Assembly: GCA_963700285.1 (NCBI GenBank)
Contig: CAVOXA010000010.1
Coordinates: 928,001 to 992,000 of the forward strand
Length of the DNA: 64,000 nucleotides
DNA from: an uncultured Chloroflexia bacterium
GTDB lineage: Bacteria; Chloroflexota; Anaerolineae; JAAYZQ01
Direction: 5' to 3'
The position numbers were made by a program, and so were the translations under genes. Positions 37,909 to 47,542 of this stretch are shown here, in pieces (position 1 is the stretch's first letter; each line of letters begins with the position of its first letter). Under the pieces are notes generated by a model that did no database searches, had not been told where the DNA came from, and saw nothing but the letters and a program-made list of their open reading frames with translations.

Positions 37909-39696
37909 ATGCTCGACGCCGTGCCGGTTCTCTTCCAAGCCCTTGTCTGGCCCCTGTTAGGAGCCATCCTGATCCTGATAGGACGGCGATTCCTGCCCAA
38001 TTGGTTGCGCCGGCTGGTCGCACTGGCCGCTGTTCTGGCCTCGCTGGCTGTGCTCTGGTCCCTTCGAACCGGGTCCATTGAGCGGGTCGAGATCTTTTGG
38101 GAGCCCCTCAATCTCTTCCGCATGAGCCCAAGTCTGTGCCCAGACAGCCTGGCGCTGCTGGTTGGGATCACCTTGGCCTGGCTCACAGCGGCTACGGTCT
38201 TGGGCGTTCGCGGTGCACAACCTCAATCAACGGCATGGCACGGGCTGGTCCTGATAGCGCTGGCTGGTTGTCTGGCCATGACCATGGCTACCAATCTAAT
38301 CACACTGGCTATCGCCAGCGCTTTGCTCGACATGGCGCTCATTGCCATGGCTGTGTTTGAGCCACACGATGCCAACCGGGTTGCGTGGCGAATGGCCGTG
38401 CCCGGCATGGCCAGCACGCTCGTGCTCGTCGTCTGCGCCCTGCAGATGGACGCGCTAGTGGGGACCGGTTCGCTCTCGGCCCGTGAGGTTCCACTGGGGA
38501 TTCTCACCATGGTGGGGGTAGCCGGCATGCTTCGCCTTCTGGTCTATCCTCTGCATCCTAGAGGCCTGCATACGCCCGAAAATGCCGTTGGTCTTTTGCT
38601 GTCCGTAGGTGCCGGGATCTATCTCATAGCCCGTGTCCAGACCATTGATCCCGGCCTGGCCGGTCTGCAGTGGATGCCTACCATCGGAGGCGTAGCCTTG
38701 CTAGCCGGGGGAATCCTGGTCTGGACGGGAGCGGATCGCCTGGCGTGGGCGCCTGACCCTTCGGCTTTGCCTCCTCCCGGCGTTCTCGGGACTGAGGAAC
38801 CAGGTTCCCAGCCCAGCGGAGGAGAGGAGCAGCAGGCTAGGAATTCGCCGCAGCCCGCACTCGCCAGGGTCTGGTCTGGAACCGCTGTCCACCAGGCCGG
38901 CCTTGCCCTTGCCTTCGTTCTCCTCGTTGGGAATCCGGTGCCCTGGCCTCTTCTTAGCCTCACGCTGACCCTGGGCATGTTGATCATCTGGTGGGATGGG
39001 GCAAACACGAGGAGAGCCAGCTCCCAGCCCCGGCAGTTCCAGCCGCCGATTCAGAACTGGTGGGCGCAAGTACGGTCGACAACGGCAGGGCGATTTCCCA
39101 CCCTGGCCCGCTATGCCCCCGTCTTTTTGCCAGCCCTGGCCCTGGCATCCCTTGCTAGCATACCACTCACTGCTGGCGCCAGAGGGCATTGGCTATTCTA
39201 TGGCACGTTGTTGGGCAAGGCACAACCCGGTCTGTTGATCCCTGTCCTCGTGGCCGACAGCTTTCTCGTAGCCGGGCTGGCGCTCGCATTCAAGTCTGGC
39301 CTAAAGCGGGCCAGCGATAGGTGGCCATCACCTGGCGCATTCCTGGCCATGCTCGCCCTTGCTGTTCCCTTGATTGTCCTGGGCATCAGGCCCAGTGTTC
39401 TGGGGTTGGATCCCATGCACTTGTCCGACGTCTCGCCCTGGGGTCTCGGGTTCATCTATGTGCTGCCTTGGCTCATTGGTATCTGGCTGGCCCATATCAG
39501 CAACAGGCTGACCAATTACCTCGAACCTGTCTATCGCCTTGTCAATCTGAACTGGCTCTTTCAGGCTATGAATTGGCTCGGCCAACGACTGGGTGGCATC
39601 ATCTATTGGGTCGGGAAGGTAGGTGAAGGACAAGGTTGGTTTGGCTGGATCCTCATTGTCCTCGCCCTGGGTATCATGCTCCTGATTATCCGGTAA
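37909..39696 (+). CDS. Divergent antiporter-like (NuoL/M/N, HyfB-like) polytopic membrane protein
   Basis: More than 14 TM segments; D.LALL, A.NL.TL, LR..VYPLH, LA.LAS.PLT.G motifs. Confidence 0.6.
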   Translation: MLDAVPVLFQALVWPLLGAILILIGRRFLPNWLRRLVALAAVLASLAVLWSLRTGSIERVEIFWEPLNLFRMSPSLCPDSLALLVGITLAWLTAATVLGVRGAQPQSTAWHGLVLIALAGCLAMTMATNLITLAIASALLDMALIAMAVFEPHDANRVAWRMAVPGMASTLVLVVCALQMDALVGTGSLSAREVPLGILTMVGVAGMLRLLVYPLHPRGLHTPENAVGLLLSVGAGIYLIARVQTIDPGLAGLQWMPTIGGVALLAGGILVWTGADRLAWAPDPSALPPPGVLGTEEPGSQPSGGEEQQARNSPQPALARVWSGTAVHQAGLALAFVLLVGNPVPWPLLSLTLTLGMLIIWWDGANTRRASSQPRQFQPPIQNWWAQVRSTTAGRFPTLARYAPVFLPALALASLASIPLTAGARGHWLFYGTLLGKAQPGLLIPVLVADSFLVAGLALAFKSGLKRASDRWPSPGAFLAMLALAVPLIVLGIRPSVLGLDPMHLSDVSPWGLGFIYVLPWLIGIWLAHISNRLTNYLEPVYRLVNLNWLFQAMNWLGQRLGGIIYWVGKVGEGQGWFGWILIVLALGIMLLIIR

Positions 39697-39740
39697 GACT
39701 GGAATCCTCCAGTCCCGAGGTGGTATTTCTGAGACAGTGA

Positions 39741-40436
39741 ATGGAAGCATTCTCTAGCCTTTTTGAACTCACGGCTGGCACACCAGCTATCATCGGGCTG
39801 TTTCTGACAGCTCTGGTCATCTTTGTAGCCTCTGACTGGCGGCTGTCTCTGGCGGCGCTGCTGGTTCAGTATCTCCTGGTAGGGTTGGCCCTCACCCGGT
39901 TCATTGAGCCCGAGGTTGCTGTGGTCAAAATCCTGGTGGGGGTACTCGTTGTACCCATTCTTTACTTGGGTAACCGGCATGCACATCGAGTTGATGAGCC
40001 TGGGGACAACGCTGAGGGCGGGCTGCACTTGTTGGGACTGACCGTGGGTTGGGATGCCGGGCCACTGGGTCTGCCCCTGCGCCTGCTGGCAGTACTCTTG
40101 GTCTTTCTGGCCCTTGTACGCCTCCTGGGCCAGTTCCAATCACCCTTGGCACCCACTGGCTTTTCCATCGAACTGGCCTTCGTAGCCATTTGGATGGGCA
40201 GCATGGGCATCATCGGCCTGGTTCTGGGCGGTGGGCCACTGCGCGCGGCCAGTGCCATACTGACCATCCTGGCCGGCTTTGACCTGGTCTATGCCACGTT
40301 GGAACGCAGTCTGGCTATTGTCGGCTTCAATGGCGCCCTCACCCTGTTGACCGCTCTTGCCTTTTCGTACCTGGCTGCCGTCCAGGCCGTGGGCATTGGC
40401 AAGGACAAACCAGACCAAGAAGGGACTGTGCTGTGA
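39741..40436 (+). CDS. HyfE-like membrane protein
   Basis: About 7 TM segments; L.VQY, VK......PIL pattern; overlaps the next gene (GTGA). Confidence 0.55.
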   Translation: MEAFSSLFELTAGTPAIIGLFLTALVIFVASDWRLSLAALLVQYLLVGLALTRFIEPEVAVVKILVGVLVVPILYLGNRHAHRVDEPGDNAEGGLHLLGLTVGWDAGPLGLPLRLLAVLLVFLALVRLLGQFQSPLAPTGFSIELAFVAIWMGSMGIIGLVLGGGPLRAASAILTILAGFDLVYATLERSLAIVGFNGALTLLTALAFSYLAAVQAVGIGKDKPDQEGTVL

Positions 40437-41905
40437 CCCCCGTCCCAGGTCCCATCATCCTCGTGGCCTTACCACTGGCTGCCGCCATCGTAACCTACCT
40501 GATCCGTCGCTGGGCGCTACTGGCTACTTTCATCGCTGCCGCAACCGCGGGCGCATTGGCCCTACTCTGCTTGTACCTGCCCCTGGACCGTTCGGCTTTT
40601 GTGTTGGGGCAGGAGATTGGCTTTGGCCGGCCCGTCGTGATTCTTGGCCGCAACCTGGTACTCGATCCAGGGGGACAAGCATGGATGGCTTTTATCTTTG
40701 GCCTGGCTGTGGTTTTTTACCTGTTTTCCTGGCGGATATCACAGGGGCAGTCGTTCGTCCCTTTTAGTTTGGCGATTCTTAGCCTGTATGCCTTTGTCGT
40801 CTTGCTCCAGACCTTCTCCCTGGCAGTCCTTGTCTTTGCCATTAGCGTGACCCTGGCAGTACTTATCATTCAAGGGGGACGGCGGTCCTCCATCCGCGGT
40901 GCCCAGCGCTATCTGTTGATCACCCTTTTATCGGTTCCACTCTTACTTGCTGCCGCTTGGCTGGTGGACCAATCGCTGCTTGCCCCGGGAAGCGCAGACA
41001 TGACCCGCCAAGCCATGTTGCCTGCTTTGTTGGGTTTCGGCCTGCTTTTGGCCGTTTTCCCGTTTGGAACTTGGATGCCCGCCCTGGCCGCCGATGCACC
41101 GCCAATCGTCACGGCTTTCATCTTTACGGCAGCGCAGGCGATGGCGTTTTACCTGGTTCTGGTCTTTTTGCGCAATGCCTCCTGGACGCTGACCGACCCC
41201 ACCCTTTCCACGGTGATTCAATTGGCTGGGTTGGTGATGGCGGCTATTGGTGGCCTGATGGCTTCTGCGCAGCGCGACTTTGGGCGCTTGTTCGGGTACG
41301 CTGCCCTCAGCAACCTGGGCTTCCTGCTCTTGACCCTGGTCATGGGAGGTAGCCAGGGTCAGGTTCTCGCCCTACTGCACATGGCCAATCGCGCGCTAGC
41401 CATTACCCTATTGGCCGGAGCGCTCTCCATCGTTCGCCACCGTGCTACTACCGACCAGTTTGCCGGCCTTCAGGGAGCGGCGCGACGGCTACCTATCGCC
41501 ACCATGGGATTGGTATTGGGCTGCCTGGCATTGGCAGGCTTTCCGCTCACGGCCGGATTCCCCACCCACTGGGCCCTTGGCCGAGCCGTGTGGAATTGGG
41601 CCCTTCCCTTCTCGTCCCTGGCACAAGGTGCGGGCGCAGTCACTGGTACAACAACTGGAGGACAATGGGCAGGGGGATTGGTTCTCCTCGCCCTCGTTAT
41701 TGCATCGGTTGGCATTGTCATCGGCACACTGCGTGGACTCGGCGCCATGTTGGGTGCTGACCCCCGGGAGGACATGGCCCGCCAACCGATCATTGCCTCA
41801 TTCATGGTCATGGTCCTGGCAGCCCTGGTGGTCCTCTTGGGCCTCTACCCTCAGCTCTTCTTGGACCCGATACTCAACGCTGCAGAGGCTCTTTCTTCAT
41901 TCTAA
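40433..41905 (+). CDS. Proton-conducting transporter-like membrane subunit (MrpD/HyfF-like), degenerate
   Basis: FPF.TWMP....DAP, Q.D..RL.GY, LALAG.PLT.GF, LGLYP. Confidence 0.75.
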   Translation: MTPVPGPIILVALPLAAAIVTYLIRRWALLATFIAAATAGALALLCLYLPLDRSAFVLGQEIGFGRPVVILGRNLVLDPGGQAWMAFIFGLAVVFYLFSWRISQGQSFVPFSLAILSLYAFVVLLQTFSLAVLVFAISVTLAVLIIQGGRRSSIRGAQRYLLITLLSVPLLLAAAWLVDQSLLAPGSADMTRQAMLPALLGFGLLLAVFPFGTWMPALAADAPPIVTAFIFTAAQAMAFYLVLVFLRNASWTLTDPTLSTVIQLAGLVMAAIGGLMASAQRDFGRLFGYAALSNLGFLLLTLVMGGSQGQVLALLHMANRALAITLLAGALSIVRHRATTDQFAGLQGAARRLPIATMGLVLGCLALAGFPLTAGFPTHWALGRAVWNWALPFSSLAQGAGAVTGTTTGGQWAGGLVLLALVIASVGIVIGTLRGLGAMLGADPREDMARQPIIASFMVMVLAALVVLLGLYPQLFLDPILNAAEALSSF

Positions 41906-41966
41906 CCAGTGACGAAGGATAGAAGAAATCCCTGTTTCTTCATACCCTGTCTGAGAGGTAAAGACA

Positions 41967-43262
41967 ATGGACAAAACATCACGTCTTCCAGGCTTCTATG
42001 ATCTGAGTGTCGACGACCGGGCAAGCCGCGTTTCCGAGTGGGCTGGGCTGAACGACGAGGAACACGCAACACTGACCACAAGCGGGTTGTCCTGCGAGCG
42101 GGCTGACCAGATGATCGAGAACGTGGTAGGCATCCATGGCGTCCCGATGGGCATCGCCCCCAACTTTGTCATCAACGGCCGCGAGATCCTGATCCCCATG
42201 GCCATCGAAGAGCCATCCGTGGTTGCTGCTGCCAGCTTTATGGCCAAGATCGTGGGCAGTGCGGGGGGGTTCACTACCTGCTCCTCCGAGCCGGTGATGA
42301 TCGGCCAGATGCAGGTCCTGGAGGTTTCCGATCCATGGGCGGCCAGGTTCGAACTGGTGTGCCAGAAACAACAGCTCCTCGACCTGGCCAACGAGACCGA
42401 CCCGGTGGTGGTCTCCCTTGGGGGTGGAGCACGTGACCTGGAGGTGCGTGTCTTTCCCGACACGCCCGCAGGGCCGTTCCTGGTTGTCCACCTCCTGTAC
42501 GATACCCGCGATGCCATGGGGGCCAACACCGTGAACACCGCTACCGAGGCCCTGGCTCCTTTGGTCGAGGAGATAACAGGCGGTCGAGTGCACTTGCGCA
42601 TCCTCTCCAACCTGGCTGACCGCCGGCTGGCCCGTGCCAAGTGTGTCATCCCGCCGGCACTACTGGCCTTTGGCGATTTTGAGGGCGAGCAGGTGGTACA
42701 AGGAATTGTCGAGGCTTATGCCTTTGCCGTCGTGGATCCTTACCGGGCAACGACCCACAACAAGGGCATCATGAATGGCATTGACGCTGTGGCCCTGGCC
42801 TGCGGACAGGACTGGCGCGCCATTGAGGCGGGGGCTCACGCTTATGCCGCTCGCGACGGGCGCTACACCTCCCTTTCCACCTGGACACGGGATCGGGAGG
42901 GTAACCTGGTAGGCACACTGGAGATGCCGCTGGCGGTGGGCACCATTGGCGGAGCGACACGAGTACATCCTGGGGCTCAGGTCGCCCTCAAGATCTTGGG
43001 GGTTCAGTCCGCACGGGAGCTGGCTGAAGTGATGGCTGCGGCGGGCCTGGCCCAGAACCTAGGCGCCCTTCGTGCCCTGTCTACTGAAGGTATCCAACGA
43101 GGCCATATGACTCTTCACGCCCGACAGGTTGCCATCGCCGCAGGCGCATCGGGAGACCAGGTGCAAGCTGTTGCGGGTCGACTGGTGTCTGAGGGGGTAA
43201 TCCGTCTGGACCGCGCCCAGCAGATCCTGGACGACATGGCAGGGAGTCAGTTGGGCGACTGA
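41967..43262 (+). CDS. mvaA: Class II HMG-CoA reductase
   Basis: MIENV, EEPSVVAA, DAMGAN, ILSNL, THNKGIMNG, QDWRA.EA, GIQRGHM.LH. Confidence 0.96.
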   Translation: MDKTSRLPGFYDLSVDDRASRVSEWAGLNDEEHATLTTSGLSCERADQMIENVVGIHGVPMGIAPNFVINGREILIPMAIEEPSVVAAASFMAKIVGSAGGFTTCSSEPVMIGQMQVLEVSDPWAARFELVCQKQQLLDLANETDPVVVSLGGGARDLEVRVFPDTPAGPFLVVHLLYDTRDAMGANTVNTATEALAPLVEEITGGRVHLRILSNLADRRLARAKCVIPPALLAFGDFEGEQVVQGIVEAYAFAVVDPYRATTHNKGIMNGIDAVALACGQDWRAIEAGAHAYAARDGRYTSLSTWTRDREGNLVGTLEMPLAVGTIGGATRVHPGAQVALKILGVQSARELAEVMAAAGLAQNLGALRALSTEGIQRGHMTLHARQVAIAAGASGDQVQAVAGRLVSEGVIRLDRAQQILDDMAGSQLGD

Positions 43263-43266
43263 ACCC

Positions 43267-44103
43267 TTACACCAACACGCGCACTAGCGCCACGGTTGCC
43301 TGTACCCACTCCTCCAGGCTCAGGGTCTCCGCCCTGCGTCGGGGATCGATACCCACACCCTCTAGCGCCCCTTTGACATGGACTGGGGGCAGCGCCAGGC
43401 CGCCGCTCAGAGAATTGCGCAGGGTCTTTCGTCTCTGGCTAAAACCGGCGCGTACTATTCGAAAGTAGGCCGCTACGTCCACGCCCTCGGGCAGCACTAC
43501 AGCTGGCTGCTCGCCTACCTCAATGCGCAAGACCGCCGAGTCGACCTGGGGCGCGGGGTAGAAGGCTCCGGGCGGGATCCGGGTGACGATCTTGGGTTGG
43601 CCGTAGAACTGTACGCTCACCGCCAACAGGCTCATCTCTCCTGGCCCAGCCACGATGCGCTCGGCCACCTCACTCTGGACCGTCACAACCATCAGTTGAG
43701 GACGTGGTTCATCCTCCAGGAAGCGGCGCAGAACTGCCGATGTGATATAGTAAGGCAGATTGCCCACGACTTTATACCCTGGGTATGGGATGCCCCGATC
43801 GGGAATTCGAAGGATGTCACCGTGGATGATCTGGACGTTGCCCAGGTGGGCCAACTCCTGGCGCAGGGCCTGTACCAACCCGTCGTCCAGTTCGACGGCC
43901 ACGACGCGCCCGGCCTGCTGAGCCAGGGGCCGGGTCAAGGTACCCAGGCCAGCCCCTACCTCGATGACGGTATCCTCGGGCGAGAGGTCCGCTGCAGCTA
44001 CAATGCGCTGCAGGGCCAACGGGTCAACGAGAAAGTTCTGCCCCAGCCGTTTTCGCGGATGCAGGTCATGAGCGCGCAGGAGTGCCGGGATGCTCTTTAC
44101 CAC
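43267..44103 (-). CDS. rsmA: 16S rRNA adenine dimethyltransferase
   Basis: LGQNFL, EVGAG.G.LT, GNLPYYIT, P.P.VDS, RRKTL.N, RAE.LS. Confidence 0.96.
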   Translation of the reverse strand: MVKSIPALLRAHDLHPRKRLGQNFLVDPLALQRIVAAADLSPEDTVIEVGAGLGTLTRPLAQQAGRVVAVELDDGLVQALRQELAHLGNVQIIHGDILRIPDRGIPYPGYKVVGNLPYYITSAVLRRFLEDEPRPQLMVVTVQSEVAERIVAGPGEMSLLAVSVQFYGQPKIVTRIPPGAFYPAPQVDSAVLRIEVGEQPAVVLPEGVDVAAYFRIVRAGFSQRRKTLRNSLSGGLALPPVHVKGALEGVGIDPRRRAETLSLEEWVQATVALVRVLV

Positions 44104-44136
44104 ACTACCCTTTTCTCCTCCCAAGTCGAGGATGAT

Positions 44137-45666
44137 CTATCGCTTGCGGTCGGGATACCTGGGCCAGTCGGGCAGAACCCAACGAATCTCATCTCTGGGC
44201 GGCACCGGGGTCAGGATGTAGATGTCGGACCACCGGTGCCACGACTCGTAGTTGTGTTGGTCAAAGCCGAGGTCGACAAACTTGCCCTTAATACCACCGC
44301 CCGTATCGCCCGCCCGCCCAATTCCATAGCCGGGTATATACATCTGTGCTCGGAGAGGGATGACCTCAGGGTCCACAGCCACAATACCTTTGGTCAGAAA
44401 CCAGCCCAGGCGGGTGTAGCCATAGCGGGGGTGGGTCTTGGGTTTACCCGCAGAGCGCGCTGTGTAGGATGTGGTATAGACCCGCATTTTGCGCCAATAC
44501 TCTATCGGTCCATCGGGGGTATCAAGCGTGCGAACGATAATCTTAGTCCCGTAGGCCATCGTCTTGGTAATGGGCGGCTGTGCTGACCACACGTCTTCCA
44601 GATAGCGATCTACCTCATGGTCATTCTCATACACGATCCGGTAGCGGCGTTTGGTCAGGCCAACCTGGCCTTCTTGTACCAACCGGATGTTGTCGATCTC
44701 TACGTCTGGGTCGCCTACCCACACTGTCTCGAAGGGGATCGGCTCAAACTCAACCTCCAACTCTTCCCGGACCCGGGTCACACTGATGGTCATGTCTGGC
44801 TGAACCGGATCCGGCAAATCTGGCTCAACGCGATCCTTGCCTACCAGGGCGATTGCTTCCTGGCCCAGAACTCCGGCTACGCTCTCAGCCAGCGTCCGGG
44901 TACGTATCGTGCGTCCATCGGCTTTGACTTGGACCGGCACAGAGCGCTGAATCTGCAACGACATTCCTGGCGTGACACGCTCCTGAAGGCTAGGGCTCAC
45001 GCTATCGCCCATAAAGAGGATCACACCGTGCTCCTGCAACACCTGGCCCACCGTGGTCAAGGTCGTGTGGAGGGTCCTCGTCGTACCGCCATCGTCCAGG
45101 GTGAGAGAGGTGGCCCGGTGGATCCGGATGGTTGGTGGATTGCCCGTGTCGTCACCATCCGAGGGGAGTGGGCCTCCACCCTGGCGCTGCTGGCCCGAAC
45201 GCAGTGCACGGGTTACTGGTGCGCTCAGATCCACAAGCTGACCATCCAGCCAAATCTCATCTGCGGGACCAACCTCCACCTCAGCTTCAGCCAGGAACTC
45301 CCCAACCGTTGTAGCATGGGTACGGATCCGAAGAACCTGGTCATCTGCGCTCAACACGACCGGCAGCGCCCGCTGTACCCGGATGACGGTATCAGCAACC
45401 AAAGGGACATCCAAGTCGGGCCAGACCAGGTCCTCAGGGTAAAGGTCCAGCCCTGCATGGTCCAGGGCTGCAGCCACCGTCGCAGCATGCGTACGTACCT
45501 GGGATCGTGTACCATCCACCTCCACGACTATCGGCAAGCGGGTTCGCTTCAGGCCGAGGGCCAAGAGTCCTAGCATGCTTGCCGCCAAGATCACGGCCAG
45601 CAGCCCCTGCATCCAACCGGGTACGGTCCACCTGATGCGTCTTTGCGTGATCTCTTTAGATGCCAA
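44137..45666 (-). CDS. YabE/RpfB-like cell-wall protein (DUF348 repeats, G5, 3D domain)
   Basis: Repeated T.A.TV...L ubiquitin-like units, G5, AVDP.VIPL....YIPGYG...A.DTGG.IKG..VDL. Confidence 0.9.
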   Translation of the reverse strand: MASKEITQRRIRWTVPGWMQGLLAVILAASMLGLLALGLKRTRLPIVVEVDGTRSQVRTHAATVAAALDHAGLDLYPEDLVWPDLDVPLVADTVIRVQRALPVVLSADDQVLRIRTHATTVGEFLAEAEVEVGPADEIWLDGQLVDLSAPVTRALRSGQQRQGGGPLPSDGDDTGNPPTIRIHRATSLTLDDGGTTRTLHTTLTTVGQVLQEHGVILFMGDSVSPSLQERVTPGMSLQIQRSVPVQVKADGRTIRTRTLAESVAGVLGQEAIALVGKDRVEPDLPDPVQPDMTISVTRVREELEVEFEPIPFETVWVGDPDVEIDNIRLVQEGQVGLTKRRYRIVYENDHEVDRYLEDVWSAQPPITKTMAYGTKIIVRTLDTPDGPIEYWRKMRVYTTSYTARSAGKPKTHPRYGYTRLGWFLTKGIVAVDPEVIPLRAQMYIPGYGIGRAGDTGGGIKGKFVDLGFDQHNYESWHRWSDIYILTPVPPRDEIRWVLPDWPRYPDRKR

Positions 45667-45693
45667 TCAACCATCCTCTGCCGCGTGCCAGCG

Positions 45694-47043
45694 CTATCTC
45701 TGCTGGCTCGATGAACGAAACGGGCTCGCGCCAGTCACAGACGTCGAGGCCGCCCTCCCTGCTACGTAGCCGGTTGAGAAAGCCGCCTGCAGGTTGTATC
45801 CACCGGTGTCGGCCTGCACGTTCAGAACCTCACCCGCAAAGTACAGGCCTCCGACCAAGCGTGAAGCCATCGAGCGGGGATCGATCTCACGCGTATCCAC
45901 TCCCCCGGCTGTCACGATTGCCTCCTCCAGCGGGCGGTGCCCGACGATGGTTAGGCGAAAGTCGTGGAGCAGATCCCGCAGCCGTCGCCGCTCGACGGCC
46001 GTAATCTGGTGGCCTGGCTTGTGGGGCGGGATACCACTGCGCGCCGCAACGACGTCGATCATCTTCTGCGGGAGCAATCCCTTGAGCAGATTGCGGTAGG
46101 TCCGCTTGCCGTATTGATCCAGATCGCGTCGCAGCCGGGAATCCAGCTTCTCTGGGCTGAGACCAGGCTTGAGATTGATGGCTGCTTCCAGATGGCCTCG
46201 ACCCAGCCGGACTACGGCTGGCCCACTCAAAGTGAGAATGATCGGGCCAGAGATACCATAGTGAGTGAATAGCATCTCGCCAAAATCACGGGCTACCTCC
46301 CGCCCATCCAGCAACAGGCGTACCTCAACGTTCCGCAGCGAAAGGCCCATCATCGCCTGGGGCTCTGTACCCGAGACAACCAGGGGTACGAGCGCGGGCC
46401 GGATAGGTACCACTTTGTGGCCAACCTGCTCTGCCAACCAGTAGCCATCGCCACTGGATCCGGTCTTGGGGTAAGAAGCTCCACCTGTGGCAATGATGAC
46501 AGCCCCGCCACTTATCCGCTCCCCGTCCTCCAGGGCCACACCCAGCAGCCGGTCATCCTCATGGAGAAGACGAGCGACTCTGCTCTGAAGCCGGATCTGC
46601 ACACCTTGCTCCAGAGCGAAACGAGCGAGTGCCTCTGCTACCTGGTTAGCGCCAGCCATCCCGCTGGAGGAATTGCCCCCAACCGGAAAGACCCGCCCTC
46701 CACGCTCTACGACTGTCGCGAGCCCCAAGTCCTCAAAAAAGGCCAGCAGGTCGGGTGCAAAAAAGCGGGCAAAGACGTTACGTACAAAGAGACGAGAGTC
46801 ACCCCCGGGAAGGCCACCGGGCATCTCCGCCTGGTCCGGGAAAGCAAAGTGTTGGATAAAGTCGTCCAGTTCAGCGGTGTTGGTAAGGTTACAGCGGCCC
46901 TTACCCGTGATCCGCAGCTTGGTGCCCAGGCGCGCAGTCCTCTCCAGCAGCAGAACCCGCGCGCCAGCGACGGCTGCCTGCCCAGCAGCCATTAGCCCTG
47001 CCGCCCCGCCGCCAACTATGACCACCTGACTGCTTTGATCCAT
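45694..47043 (-). CDS. HI0933/YhiN-family flavoprotein
   Basis: GGGAAG, TGKGRCN.TN, ATGG.SYP.TGS.GDG, LFTH.G.SGP, TGGYNLQ. Confidence 0.95.
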   Translation of the reverse strand: MDQSSQVVIVGGGAAGLMAAGQAAVAGARVLLLERTARLGTKLRITGKGRCNLTNTAELDDFIQHFAFPDQAEMPGGLPGGDSRLFVRNVFARFFAPDLLAFFEDLGLATVVERGGRVFPVGGNSSSGMAGANQVAEALARFALEQGVQIRLQSRVARLLHEDDRLLGVALEDGERISGGAVIIATGGASYPKTGSSGDGYWLAEQVGHKVVPIRPALVPLVVSGTEPQAMMGLSLRNVEVRLLLDGREVARDFGEMLFTHYGISGPIILTLSGPAVVRLGRGHLEAAINLKPGLSPEKLDSRLRRDLDQYGKRTYRNLLKGLLPQKMIDVVAARSGIPPHKPGHQITAVERRRLRDLLHDFRLTIVGHRPLEEAIVTAGGVDTREIDPRSMASRLVGGLYFAGEVLNVQADTGGYNLQAAFSTGYVAGRAASTSVTGASPFRSSSQQR

Positions 47044-47134
47044 GGTTCTCCAAAAGAACAAGCTGGAGTTTCGAGCCTGGGCGAAGCATTTTCTGCCCTC
47101 CGTCCACAGCTCACCACTCCAGCTTCCTATAAGT

Positions 47135-47407
47135 GCTGGTCGTGCACCCCCTGTCGAACCTGTTCGCCCGGCTTACCAGAACCAGCCTGCTCCGGCCAGG
47201 CTCCCCTGCGGCACCCAAGAGTTTGCGCTTACCGTTGCTTCCTCCCGGACCTGGCGGGGTTCACGGACTCTTGCCGCGCAGGACCCAACCTTCTTCGCCA
47301 CTTAGCCTAGCAGTCCCGTCCGACCTCCGGCCCTCGAGAGGGAATTCGACCCCGCTACGGCGGATTGCGGGTACAGGGCACCGCCAGCTCCCCGTCTAGC
47401 ACGACCA
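47135..47407 (-). ncRNA. ffs: Large (Alu-containing) bacterial SRP RNA
   Basis: 5' GGTCGTGCTAGACGGGGAG..GCGGTGCCCTGTA.CCGCAA..GCGGG Alu domain; helix 8 CCAGGTCCGGGAGGAAGCAAC; paired ends; upstream TTGACC..TACCAT promoter. Confidence 0.95.
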
Positions 47408-47542
47408 AGCAGATGGTACCACAGAACCAATGATTGGTCAAACAACGGGCACAACAGGTTTTTGCTCCAGATGCTGTGCAGGCATTGGGTACACAGCATC
47501 CGCCAAGTTCGGAGCGTTCGCCGCCTCAGGCCAGATGTATCG

